NCBI GenBank assembly: GCA_964247055.1
Contig: OZ176054.1
Coordinates: forward strand, 4,154,001-4,218,000
Direction of reading: 5' to 3'
Source of the DNA: Paragordius varius
Taxonomy: Eukaryota; Animalia; Nematomorpha
Length of the DNA: 64,000 nt
A program made the translations under genes and the position numbers. Positions 24,991 through 53,339 of the stretch are shown here, one piece after another. The notes under the pieces were generated by a model. That model ran no database searches. It worked only from the letters and a program-made list of their open reading frames with translations, and had not been told where the DNA came from. Each line of letters begins with the position of its first letter. Positions within the stretch are counted from its first letter, which is position 1.

Positions 24991-25061
24991 TTATTTTTGA
25001 TTATATATATATATATATATATATATAATTATACTGCTGTTTATCAGTATATTAAATCAAA

Positions 25062-30047
<4,986 letters not shown>

Positions 30048-33000
30048 CACTTTTTATAAAGTGACACGTAATACTATATAATTCAAAAAAATTTAAATAA
30101 AAAAACCGAATATAATTTAATGTCCTTGAGCAATCTGTTAATGTAAATGAATTAATAAATGGGCGCATAGAGAGGAATATTTGCAATAAAAAAACGAATG
30201 ATATGCTAAATGACACTTTATTACCATTCTACTAATTAAAGATTTATTGGATAATAATTTAACGGGGGGTAAGTGATATATTGTATATGCTACAAACTTT
30301 GTCGCAGATTAATTTTATAAGTTGCATACTAATGATATTGAGCAAAAAATACTTTTAACGTGTAGCGGAAAAAATATATATATTTATATATGTGTATATA
30401 CTTTTTATTTTCGACAAAAATAAAAGCGTAACGTTTTAAACATATTAATAATAATAATATGTATATGTATGTAATGGTGCCTTAGGCAAGCATCATAATA
30501 TATTAATATATATTATTTTATACGATAAAAATACAAAAAAATCAAGGTAAAACTACTCTACGTTTAATTATTTCATTTTCACAAACAAACATGTAAAAAA
30601 TACACTATATACGCGTACAAAATAAATATTGATTAAATTTCTAAACGTAGAAAGAACATAGAGCTATTAATAACCAATTACGATATATGTGTAAATTAAT
30701 TTCCATTAATCCACATTTAAATTCATTACACTTAAACGTATATCGCTAGCGCCCAATTTTTGTTTAAAAGAAAAATATAAATTATTTTTTTGTCCTTTTA
30801 ATTATTTGATTACCAAAATTATATTAACCTTTTTTTGTTGCGAGAAATACTTTTGCCTCTGACAACAGTGCAAATCGATATAAAAGACAATTACCATTCA
30901 TAGGCATAAAAAATAGGGCATTTTTAATATGTTTATCCATTTAAATAATTCTTATCGGATGGGTCGTCCGGTTAGGCACAACTTATAATATGCGGCATAA
31001 TGCAGTGTATTTAGAAAAACCGATAAATTATTATCGATGATATCAGGACATGTAAAAAGCTTTAACATTCGTCTGCCCAAGGCTGACAGTGGTATTAAAT
31101 TCGGGGTTTAAACTTTGACATAGTCGCACGAAAAATTTGAATCATGGATTTAACCACAAAATAATCATGTTCTAATATATTTAGCCAGCTATGAACAATA
31201 GGTATTTATTTATAGGAAGATTATAAATATCAATGATTTATTGCAAAATCGTTATTTGATTAAATGTTGTAATTTCTGAAATATCGATGATTAGAAAAAG
31301 AAATTATTGGAAAAAATTATTTTAATTCTTAAGTATATAATTATTATTAATTTAATATTTTTGGGTGATATATGCTTCGAAAGCCCAGTAAAATTTATGG
31401 ACCATGATACAAATATCACCGTAATTAACTAAGATTGGTTATATATTTTTCTGTTTCCTCAAAGCATTAAATATATATATATATACTACGACTATATATT
31501 ATAAAATAAAAATATATTGGAGCTGAGAGGATTCAATGATATATTTATATACGTCTATATAACACTCGAAATTAAATGGAAATATTGTACCATTAACCAA
31601 TTAACCATGAGCTATATATTGGTGCTTATAATAAGTAGAAACACAAAAATCCCCTACCTTCTATTGAACACATAACTAAAATGCTATTTTCATGTAAATA
31701 TTCTCCAGTATATGGTTCTAAGTTAAAAATCTTAAATTTAATGCTATCGTTAATAAAAAGGTGTTTTAACTTACAAGGGCAAATAATTTAATATTGGTTG
31801 ATAAGTACCAAAAAATATGTAATTTTATTTTTTATTGAGAACGTACGTTTATGGTCAACAATAATAGTTTTGTTTAAGAGGGAATTTACGGATACACAAT
31901 TAATTTTAATAAGAGTAATTATACCAAAAAGTTAAGATCCTGTCTTAAATCCAGGCAGATGTTAAAAAAATAAAAAAAATCTCATCGGTGTTTACCATCT
32001 ATTTTTGTTAATGCAAATTTAAACCATTTCATCATGCGAAAGTATACATGATATATATATATATCTCTGGTAACAATAAAAAATTAAACTTTTAATTATT
32101 GTACCTAAATTTTTTCAAAAATAACTTATAGTTATTAATATTAATGCATGAGATTAAAAACCACATATTTTGTCCAAAAGCAAAGTTATACGATATAATC
32201 CCCTTCTATAAGTTTAAAACGTTTCAATAGGAAACCCTAGCCCTACTATTTCATTTAACCTAATTAACTATTATCAAAACAATATTTTTTACTTATATTT
32301 TTCAAAATATATTTATGCATTTTAGGTTAGAATTATAAAACCTCTAAACGTAAAAGCGTATTTATTTTGCCTTTTTGTGAGTTTTAAGGAATTGAAATGT
32401 AAAGTTTGAAATGATTTAGAAATGAAATTATTTAAACATACACAAAAGATTTGTCATAAAAATTTTTTGTACTATGCGGCTCTTTTTCTTTAATTTGAGG
32501 ATACGAGCAACTTATGCCTGATTTCGTCAATTGTCATAAAAAACATTTAAACTTATAAATTGTTATAAATAACAAAATCCATAAATTACATATTGAAAAA
32601 ATGAGGTTTTCAATTTTATTAGAATATTTTGTATCCTGCAAGTCTCAAAAACGAAAACCATGCGAATCCTGATATACAGTATTCCTTATAGTGGCCACTT
32701 TATTTTTAGACCCTCGGCAATACAGTAGCGCATAAGTAAAAAACCGTTTCAAATTAAACAATTCCCATCTTACAACATTGAATTTGTTTAATTAATTATG
32801 GACATACACCATATGCTATTGCATTGCTAATAGGCCAAAAATAAAATGAATTGAACATTGAGCATACTGTATTTTTTATGAATAATATATATATTCTAAA
32901 ATATTCTTTTTGTAAAATCTCTTATACAGTAAAAATAGCTATTATTTGCTGTTTCGGTTTTTAATTAGCTAAAAGGGGATTTAATGACTGTTTCTATGTA

Positions 33001-33499
33001 TGAGATTTTTCGTTTTATTAGTTAAGTATTTAATTGACCACAGCATTTTGTTCCCCAATTTTCAAACGTGTAACTAATAAAAACGAAAAATTTTATACAT
33101 GGCAACAGTTTAAATTTTAATCACTTTTAGCCAATATAAAATCAAAATGGCCAATAATAGCTCTCGATACTGTATTACTGAAAAGCAAAACAATAATGCT
33201 AATCGTAGATCCGTTAGCAAAATAGCTTCAATTCATAAAATTAAATCATTTTTTAATCATATTTAGTTATTTCATATTCACATTAATATATGAACGATTT
33301 TTATTATTCGAACGTTGTGATTTCCATATTTTAATTAATTTTAAATATTATGTTGTTAGACATAAAATAATGTTTAATCACAATTTATAACCCTTAATTT
33401 CTTTGGTTGACTACCTTATGCGATTTTTAGTTTATAATTCGAAAAGTATGGGGTTAAATTTAATTTATATATTATAATCGTGATCAGTAAGCCAATGTG

Positions 33500-33941
33500 T
33501 GGTTTTTAAAAATCCCTGAAAATCTAGTAATGTATAAATATTTATATTTGGAAAAAAGTTGTTTTAATCAAAATTTAGTATGAACTATTGTTTTCCTGTC
33601 TGATAAAAGCTTATATTAATTGGATTTTTAAACTTTTAGAGTTCAAAATTGGGACAGCTCCAAAACACGGTTAAACTTGCTGATTTTCAAACCCAAAAAT
33701 ATCAAGTGTTTGCTCGTAAATAAAGCTTTTTAATGTTAATTATCTGCATTTTTTAACCAATACATATCTTTATGTACCTTTGTATAGGCGTAACAAATAA
33801 TTTAAAGAAAAAAATGGCGGCTAAAAAGCTTGATATGAGAATTTTATGCGCCTAAAATGCTAAAAAGCATTGGCCTAGTAATTTAAATTTGAGATATTCA
33901 ATGAAATTGCTCTGGGATATACTACCAAAATTAATCAAGTG
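33500..33941 (-). mobile_element. Family A TTAA MITE, inverted and truncated copy
   Basis: Reverse complement of the family A body (e.g. AAATTGGGACAGCTCCAAAACACG; AAATGGCGGCTAAAAAGCTTGATATGAG). Ends CAAGTG|TTAA at 33941. Confidence 0.7.
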
Positions 33942-34383
33942 TTAAATGCGTTTTAAAAGTTTAAAAAAATAAAATTTTTTAAAATTTATCTTTTATACTG
34001 AAATGACAGGTAAATATACAGAGGATGTCCCCATATATTTGCATCATTTTTTTGGTATTAATAAAGAAATGATCATTTTTAGGCGTTGTGTTTCACACTT
34101 TCTTTCATCATTGTAATATCCAATTACAAAATGTTTTTATTTTATTAGTTCACATATATGGAATAATTGCATATTTTGCAAAGTAAATTGTTTTGTTTTT
34201 CGAAATAACTGGATATGCTTAAATGCTAATGTTAAAACGATGCATACTTTACAAATTTATGTTGTAAAATAAGCATATTTAATTATTTAATTTATATTAA
34301 AACATTAAAAAACAATAAAATCTTACCATGCCCTTCCAAAAAAAATTTAGCATGATTTTTTGACAAACAGCTGTTTTTAAAAA

Positions 34384-34466
34384 TGACCGTGGTCAAAAAA
34401 TAAATAGTCAGTCCTGGTCATGACCCGGTCAATTGACCTGGTCATGGCTTGGTCATCACAACCCTA
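34384..34466. repeat. Cluster of eight GGTCA/TGACC pentamers ending in CAACCCTA (probable hAT subterminal repeats and terminus)
   Basis: Pentamers at 34384, 34391, 34416, 34421, 34427, 34434, 34440 and 34451. CAACCCTA (reverse complement TAGGGTTG, a common hAT end) at 34459-34466. Confidence 0.55.
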
Positions 34467-34795
34467 ATTATGGCTATAACATATAGAGGAATAAGGAAAC
34501 ATGGTTAATACATATGTTTTATTTTAATACAAAACATAAGAAAACCAAAACAGTTTAAGCATATTCAAATATAGAAATTTTTTTAAACTGGTTTTTATAT
34601 ATTTTTGATTTTCATAAATTTAGTTTAAATTTCTAAAAATGCGTCAAAACTAATAATATTTAAGGGTATAAAATATACATGGAGTGTAATAATTGTGAAA
34701 AGCACTTATATAACATTGATGCACAGAAATATAGAAAAAGATCCATTCAAAAAAACTTAACATTACTTTTTTATGAATAAATCTTTAGGTAAAAA

Positions 34796-34832
34796 TTAGA
34801 TAACACACACATAACATGTGTGTGTTATCTAA
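34796..34832. repeat. Perfect 17-bp inverted repeat with a 3-nt loop
   Basis: TTAGATAACACACACAT-AAC-ATGTGTGTGTTATCTAA; the arms are exact reverse complements. Confidence 0.95.
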
Positions 34833-35789
34833 ATAATGAAAAATAAACCGCTTTTCTGTATATATCAAATTTAGATGTGATTTAATTAAATAATTTGCTT
34901 TAATTTTAGCGTTAGAATCAATTAAATCGATATTTTGCAAAAAGGTTGCAAACAAACATGGCATCGTAGTAGTTTGATATTGAACTTTATTTTACAACTA
35001 AATTTTATTTAGATATTTTGGCTTATATTTTCATTAGGATAGAAGCTTAAACTTAAACCGTTTACTTCATAGTTTTTAATGAGAAATATAGTCTGGGCAC
35101 TATATCCTAATTTGAATCGAATTGTTAATTTTATGGTAATTATTCAAACATCTTATATTTAGCACCCATTTTTTTAAATAATTTTTTGAAAGAATATTTG
35201 ATAATATATATTTTAGCACCTTGATTTAAATTTGGGTAACCGGATATTCCATGCCATTTTTTAATTAAAATCACTCAAAAACTGCCGAAGGTGGTCTAAA
35301 TTTCATGCTCCTATCTTGAAAATTTATATAGGCAAAAATATTTAAATAAATGAATGTTTTGAGAAAAAAGTTCCAAATCAAACTACTTCGGCGCCATTAT
35401 TATTAAATTTTGGAAGAAATCTTTTTGATTCCACGGCTAAAATAACACTGCGTCCAAAATCAGGGTGTATATAAAAAATCTGATCAAATATATATTCCGA
35501 TAGGAAAATCTTTCAAGTTTATAATAATGCTTTTGGTCATGGCGCTAAAGAGTGATCATGTTAAGCATGGTAAAAAAGTATAAAAAACACTTTTTATATT
35601 CAATGTTCTCAAGATTTCTAGCCCATCAGAATTTAAATAAAAATTTCGTCTGCTTTAAAATTAAGGGATATTTTTTAGGTGAATAAAATCTTAAGCATTA
35701 TGGAATTCAGAAATTTTTTTTATAAAAACAGTTTTAGCAAAAAAAAAACCTGATAAAATATATTTCCTATAGGAAAATGTATCCGATGC

Positions 35790-36840
35790 ATGGTTTTTAA
35801 TATTTTTTTACAAAGCTAAATGCCTATTCCAAAAAATGTCACTAAAATATATCATAAAAATATGAAAAGCAAAAAAATATTTTCAAAAATTTTAATTTTT
35901 AGATGTGGGTTCCTTATGTCCCAAATTTTTTCGCCCTTCCAAAATAGGATATCCTCTTAAAATAATTGTAAAAAAGCTGAGAACGCGCACTAAAAAATTT
36001 AAATATATACTAAATTTAATATTTTTTTATAAATAGCATAGCTTTTACTTAAATTTAATTTTTAGCAAAATTTTGTTAAAGCGATGTTCATAGTAATTTA
36101 GGAATAATGAATATAAACACACTTATATAATTTGATGATGCTGAACATTTCTATCACCTCAGAATTCTAATAAAAAGGTACGTTTGCTTTCTAATTTTTG
36201 GAAATTTTTGTACAAAATCCAATTTATATTTAAAAAAATTATAAAAACATTAATTATAATACTGAGGTGATAAAAATGTTCAGCATCCTCGAATTATATG
36301 CAGAGTTTTTATAATAATTAAAAGCGTGTTTAAAACGTTTTCTTGCCTAAAAAAGGATGAAGACGCTAATTAAATTTTGGAAAAATGTACATTTTGTAAA
36401 TATATTTTCAGATATCTTAGCATATATATAAAATTTATCGCGCGATCCCGGTATTTTGTGTTTGTTTCAAAAGAATCAACCCATTTTAGAAGACAAAAAT
36501 AATTTGGAACTTTCGGAGCCCACATCTAAAAATTTAATATAAAAAATATGTTTTACTTTTATATATAGTTTAATATAGTTAGTGTTTTGGAGTAAACCTT
36601 TAGTTTTATCCAAAACATAATTTATTCAATAAACTATGCACCAACTTCGCATTTTCTGATACAGAGCATTTACCACAAAAGTGTTAATAACTTTCTTAAA
36701 GCACGCGTAACCGCCTGAACCAAAAGCAATAATCTGATACATTTTTATATCAGAATATATATATACCTCAGGTTATATTTTTGTGGAAACTGTGTTATTT
36801 AATTTTGGCCGAGGTGTATTAACCTTATATGAATCGAAGA
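35790..36840. mobile_element. Foldback element (family B): long imperfect inverted arms around a ~100-bp spacer
   Basis: TTTAGATGTGGG (about 35900) vs CCCACATCTAAA (about 36520); GATGCTGAACATTTCTATCACCTCAG (about 36140) vs CTGAGGTGATAAAAATGTTCAGCATC (about 36262). Outer boundaries approximate. Confidence 0.85.
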
Positions 36841-36861
36841 GAACATATCCATATGTTTTAA

Positions 36862-37100
36862 CACTTCGATTCGAATTAGTGTATCCAAATACCCCTACTA
36901 AATTTATGTTGGGATTTTTGGAGAACTGCTGAAGGAAACGGTCCCAATTTATATTTATGCTTTTATCCTAATAAAAATTATACAAATATGCCAAAGTATC
37001 TAAATATTTGTTTTAAAAAAAGTTTCGTGTCAAACCGCTTCGACGCCATTTTTATTTACAAAATTTTTGCAAAATATCGTCTTCATTTAATTTTAAGGGT
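36862..37100 (+). mobile_element. TTAA-flanked terminus of a family B-related element upstream of PRPF8
   Basis: TTAA|CACTTCGATTC is identical to the terminus at 57398-57412, and both continue ...AAATACCC...ACTGCTGAAGGA/ACTACTGAAGGA. Confidence 0.6.
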
Positions 37101-37476
37101 AAAATCAAAGTTAATTTTTTATTTAAATTACATCTAACATTGATAGAAATAAAAAAGCAGTTTATTTCGTATTCTTTTTTAATTTTACCATTTCACCTAT
37201 GTCTCATTGACTTAATTTTTACCTCTCGGTTTTAACTTCAAATGATATCAAGTATTTTTAAATTAATTTATATTTCGGTTTATTAATGTTATATAAGTGC
37301 AAAATTTTGCCATGGTTTTGATTTCCATATTTTTTAAGAATTTAAAATTTAACAGGACTTGGGTATCCAACTGCCCCAATTTGAATCGAAGGACTAAAAT
37401 GAATGTGTTGTATCCAAGTGTTAATTTATCCATGTTTATAGTTACTCTTACAATTGATCCATCTGCATAATTTTAT

Positions 37477-47710
<10,234 letters not shown>

Positions 47711-47852
47711 ATATTTTAATTGAAATAAATATATTCAATAATTCTATTGCCGTTTTATTTTTTGTAATTAAAAATGTACCCCTCAGTAAATTAAGTTAAT
47801 CGATACAAATATTTAATTTATAAAATATGGTTATTAATAAACGTCTATTATA

Positions 47853-48362
47853 CCATTTTCACTTCAAGAGTGTCCTTGAACACTTCAACTTGGTCCTTCA
47901 AAATTTTTAAATTTTAATTTAAGCATAATTTTTGCAGGTATTTTTTATTTCCTCGTTTTCTTCATTTATTATATATTTATCCATTTAGAAATAATTTTTG
48001 TTCAATACTTTTTTGTTTCAAACTAATTTTTTTCCAATTTAACAAAATTATTAACTTTTAAATATTTTCAATGAAAAATTATAAATAGTAACCCAGAAAA
48101 CTTATAAATTTTCTGATTACATTTTAAATCTTTAAGTATACAAAATAATTATAAGAAATTAATAAACATATACGGTTTCTTAATGATTAAGATATTGAGT
48201 TAGAATTTATTGTAAATAATAAAAAATAGGTTAAAAACGATAAAGTCGATGAATGATTTACGATCTGATTGATAAAAGTTAAATACAAAAAAGTCAAGGG
48301 ACCAACTAGAAATGTTCAAGTACCAACTTGAAGTGTTCAAGGACCATCATGAGTGCAAATGG
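47853..48362. mobile_element. TA-flanked MITE (Tc1/mariner-type target) with repeated subterminal motifs
   Basis: TA|CCATTTTCACT...AGTGCAAATGG|TA. The motif CCTTGAACACTTCAACTTGGT at the left has inverted counterparts repeated at the right end. Confidence 0.75.
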
Positions 48363-48780
48363 TATATTTAGGATAGTTAGTTCATGACTCTTATATAACA
48401 TGCATTAAGTGTCTCGTTCCATCGCGCCTTTTTACGCTCATAAAAACATATAGGATTCTATTACATTTTTTAATTATATTTTAAAAATTTTATTAATTTT
48501 CGCAGTTTAAAAAAAAAATTAAAAACACCCAAGCAGAGTCACAACATTAACATTTTTTTCTTTTTTTGCATAAGGATTTATATTTCTACCCATTTCATAT
48601 ATACCCTATGTTTTATTTTAGACATTTTAAAATATATTTAATTTCCATTCGAGTTTTTTGCGGTCGAATGTCAGAATTGCAGAAATATAATGGGAAGACA
48701 CATATTGCTGTGTGTTGTAAATAGTGAATCAAATCATTGTAATTTTTAAACTAGAGTTATGAAAGTGAGATTAATATATT

Positions 48781-49300
48781 ATCTCCACTACCTTTTGGGG
48801 TAGTTTTATATCCTAGAGCGATTTGAAATTTCTTTATCCTAAAAAGTATATAGGCTAATTAAAAAATATAATTTCTTTAGCCTTTTAGGCGCACTGTACA
48901 AAAAATTTTTAAAAAAAGTAAAATACAAAAATCGTTATCTCAAACTCTTTTGTCGCCATTTTTTTCTATAATTTTTTTTAAATCGCTAATGGAACATCAA
49001 ATAAATTATCATGGTTAGAAAATGTATGTAATTATTTTTGAAAAGCTTTCGAGCTACATTTCATCAGCAAAAACTTGATAATAATATCAGCTGTTCGTTT
49101 CAACCGTGTTTTGGAGCTGTGCCAGACTCTAGAAGTGACAAAATTATAAAAAATATAAGCTTTATCTTATACATGAGAACAATGTTTGATAATTAAATTT
49201 TAAATAAAATACTTTTAAATTTAGTTTATTTACCAAATTGAGCTCTGAGATATAATAGTATTCCAATATGTAAAATAGGACATGAAAAGGTAATGTAGTG
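48781..49300 (+). mobile_element. Family A TTAA MITE, copy 2
   Basis: Starts CTCCACTACCTTTTGG and ends AAAAGGTAATGTAGTG|TTAA; body colinear with the other family A copies. Confidence 0.75.
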
Positions 49301-49559
49301 TTAAATAAAACTTTTGATTTCAAAAACATAAAAGTCTTATGGTTCCTTTAACTTCTCAAATATAAATAATATTTCATCTACATTACGTCATTTAATGTAT
49401 CCACGAAATTCGTTAGTCAACCAAAAAAGGACCTTTGTATTAATGAATGCAATTAATAATTTTGTATCTCAATTAAAATACTTACGAGTTAGAATTTACA
49501 CTTTTGTGCTAAGTATTCCATATCGAAAAATGTCAAAATTTGCGTACATATTTATAAAT

Positions 49560-50480
49560 AATATTTTTTTAGTGAAAGCTAAATGCTTAATTTCACAAAA
49601 AATATCCAAAATATATTATATTTGTAATATTTTTTAAAATATTTTTTGATGTGGGCTTCGAAAGTCTCAATTTTTTACGCTCTTCTAAATGGGCTAGTTT
49701 TCTTAAACGGAAAAATACCTAAATTGCGCGAAATTTTTTTTTAATATATGCCAACTTTTGTAATGAAAAAATATTTTTTAAAAAATCCATAATAATTCAA
49801 AAATTCAATTTTAACAAAATTTTGTTAAAGCGTACGTCATACTATTAGGAACACTTTTTCTGCAAAATTCGACGATGCTAATCATTTCCATCACCTCAGA
49901 GGTTTGAATCGTTCGTCTTTAAATGTATGTTATATATAAATTGTTTTTACCAAAATTTGAAAGCAAACGAATTTTCTAATTAAAATTTAAAGGTGAAAGC
50001 AATGTACAGCATTATCAAATTATACAGAAAAAGTGTTTTTATAATATCCTTAAGTGATTTTTTCAGCTGTTTCCACGATGCCTCAAAATAGTATGAAATA
50101 CGCTTCATTTGCTAAAAATTAAATTTTTCAAAAAAGTATGCTTTTTTTAAAATATATTTTTTATGTCAAAATTTAGTATATATTTAATATTTTCTCGCGT
50201 AATCTCGGCATTTTTGCGATTAGCAGCCCATTTTAGAAGGCGAAAAATTCCGAATTTCGGAACCCACATCTAAAATTCTAATTTTTAAAATTATTTTGCT
50301 TTCATATAATTTTTAGTCATTTTTTGGAAAAGCATTTCGCTAACAACAAAATTTATTTAAAAAAATTCATTTGCCATTATTTTATATGGAGCATTTACCA
50401 AAAAATGTTAATAACTTTAAGTCACTCGTAAGGACCAAATTCAAAAGCACCATGCTGATACATATTTCTATCAAAATCTA
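49560..50480. mobile_element. Foldback element (family B), second copy, spacer inverted relative to the 36-kb copy
   Basis: GATGTGGGCTTCGAAAG (about 49650) vs TTTCGGAACCCACATCTAAAA (about 50260). Spacer CAAAATTTGAAAGCAAACG is the reverse complement of CGTTTGCTTTCTAATTTTTG at about 36181. Confidence 0.8.
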
Positions 50481-50744
50481 ATATTTCATCGGGATACTTT
50501 ATATATACCCGGATTTTGAATTTACGTAGTAGTTTTACCGTAATTAATACTGGCTCTGTAATTTCGGAAACTCTGAACCAATAAACGAATCAAAACAAAA
50601 AATTATCATATTTATTATTATAAAATGATATGCCAACTGTGTCGCATCGCTGTAACATTGTTCATAGTGAATGGATAATATTTTTACTTAAATAAACATA
50701 AGATCTATAGTTGTAAACATGATTTTTTTATCCATTGCCTATTT

Positions 50745-50910
50745 TATAAAGGGTAGGGCGCTACCGAGCGGCTAATAAAAAAGCGCTAAACTATTTTTTT
50801 TACTGAAAACAGATGAAATCTTTATTGAATCGATATGGTCTCAAAAGTTTTACAAAAATATGCTTCAAAGCCACATTATTTTGTATGGTGGCGTTTTTAA
50901 CAAAAACGGG
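50745..50910. repeat. Dispersed repeat similar to 4740-4900
   Basis: Same ordered motifs as the 4740-4900 copy. Confidence 0.55.
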
Positions 50911-50989
50911 GTTTCCCAGATTTTAATTTAAAAAATGGTGAAAAAATTTACCTTACGACTGAAATTCAAAATCATTAATGATTTTACAT

Positions 50990-51287
50990 TGTCTCATAGC
51001 GTCGACGATGAATGAAATTAGCGATTCGGGGGAGAGGCAAAATACAAAAGCTAATTCAAAAAAAATGGCAAAAATTCTATTGGATCGGATAGCGCCTTCA
51101 CATCTTTCAAAAAATTGTCTAAAAACCCTTATTTCAACACGAAATGTGGCTTAACTAGGGGGCTAATTTAAAAAGTAACCCGATTATGTTCTCACGTTTA
51201 TAAATGAATGGATATTTTATTTACGATATGAATGGACCCAAAATTTTTAGGTAATTTGTCAAGCCACCTATCTAGGTAATATATAGA
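50990..51287 (-). mobile_element. Probable 5' portion of a Helitron related to 17968-19030
   Basis: On the minus strand it begins A|TCTATATATT at 51287 and contains segments resembling the Helitron internal unit (TTTTAGACAATTTTTTGAAAGATGTG vs TTTGAGACAATTTTCCGGAGAACGTG). No 3' hairpin-CTAG located. Confidence 0.45.
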
Positions 51288-52408
51288 TTTCAATTTATTT
51301 GCCCTTTTGCTTGTTTTTAATTACTAATCAACTTATTTTTTTGCAAATCTGCATATTATAATTGTGTACATATTTGACCTTATATTTTATTCTTTTTACC
51401 GCAATTTCTTTATTGTTTAAAATCATAAAAATTTATTTTGCTGTTTATTATTTAATATATATAAATTACTAGTATTTTATACTGGTAATTATCTATAGGT
51501 TGATTATTATGAGGCATGTGAAGAGGGGTTATTTTTTACACATAATTTTATATTAAATATTTAATATGGGTATTATTAAATAAACTCTTGAGAATAATAT
51601 GCCAAACTAATTAAATGAAATTTGAAATTCCCAATTTTAAAATTTGTTAAACCATATTAGTTTGATATTCATTTTATATCAGGGTATATATTACTTGCAA
51701 CTAATTCGTCAAATGATATTTGATATTGAATAATTTTTAACATTATTATATATTATGAAATAAAGTAATAAAATATTCTATAATTAATAAATTTATCATA
51801 GTTATCTTAACACTATCTTTTTATTTTTTGCAGACGATTATTGTGGTAGGTTTATATCTTAGAGATTAAACTTAAAAATAACCTAATGTTTTGGTTATTT
51901 TTGTTAAATTTAATTGACAGAGATAAAAAGCTTTTTACAATGTGTTATTAGAGTGTATAATTTGAATAACTATATAACCCAATTAAAACAAACAGCTGAT
52001 TTTAAAATCAATAAATATTAAAAATTTGGTGGTAAAATTTAACATGAAAGCTTTTTAAAGTTAATTATAATCTATTTCTGGGTAACTACCCCAAAAGTTT
52101 TAAAATGTATATAATTTTAGTGTAACCCTTTAGTAATGCTCTCCAAATTTTTATATTCTTCAATTAAGAATTCCGTAAACCTAGCATCAATATTAGTTTC
52201 AATTTTTAAAATTGTATTTTATAAAAGCATTTATTATTCTATCAAAACTATATGTGCTGGAGCTTATAAGGATGTTGGACAGATAACGTGAAGAACATTA
52301 TTAACATGTCATACCATTAAACCAACCCAGAGTGTTCCTATTTTAAATATTTTTGGGCCAAATATAATGATATGTTTACCATTCTGTGGCTATTTAAGAG
52401 TATGTTAA

Positions 52409-52917
52409 CACTCCATTACCTTTTGGAGTATTTTACAGCGATTTGAAATTTGAATAGCTTAAAAAGTATTTGAGGTATTAAGCAGAATTTAAAAATATGC
52501 TTTCTTTAGCCTTTAGGTGCATTATACAATGTTTTTTAAATGTAAAATTGTAAAAAATCCTCATCTCAAGCTTTTTTGCCACCATTTTTTTAATTTTTTT
52601 TAAATCGCTAACAAATATATATTATGGTTTGAAAATGTAAATAATTAACTTTACTTTCTGGCTACAGTTTACCATCAAAAACTTGATATAATTTTAAATA
52701 TTGTTCGTTTCGATCGTGTTTTGGACCTGTCCCAATTTTAGCCTCTAGAAGTCACAAAACTATAAAAAATATAAGCCTCTTTATCTAATACATGACAATG
52801 TCTGAAAAGTAAAGTTTAACTAAAATTTTAAAACAGTAGTGTATTTATATTGAGCTCTGGCATAAAAAACTGCCCTAATGTGTCAACTAGGACAAAAAAT
52901 AAAAAGGTCATGAAGTG
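52409..52917 (+). mobile_element. Family A TTAA MITE, best-preserved copy
   Basis: TTAA on both sides. TIRs CACTCCATTACCTTTT and AAAAGGTCATGAAGTG match at 14/16. Confidence 0.85.
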
Positions 52918-53339
52918 TTAAACAAATTCAAAAAAATATAAATATTTTAGACTCTTTTTTAAATTTTTTGCCTTTAAATTTTTAAGCTTTTAAAATGTCC
53001 TATTACATTGGCAAATAATTATTATATAAATATATTAACTCTGACAATTATAATATAAACATTCACAAAATATTATTAGTTTCTGGATTTACAAACCTAA
53101 AAGGTTCTATGTTTATGTTGGCTCTGAATTAATTTTCCGGAAAACATATACCACCAGATAATCTTTGGTATTAACCCTTTTGTATATTTTTTACCGAATG
53201 TATATGTGCTTTCACCCAAAGATCGTAAATATAGAATGTTTCGGAAAACGTGTACCCAATTTAAATATAATTGTGACCATTTTCAATTCCCTTATGCATG
53301 CGTCGATCACAATTAGGTATCTGTTTTAACAACCTGATT

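Noticed and set aside
30050-33400. Hidden micro-exon gene in the long AT-rich region upstream of PKG
   Set aside because: No chain of GT-AG-linked exons giving a plausible protein was found by eye. It cannot be fully excluded, since COX4 and NFU1 were also invisible in the ORF track.
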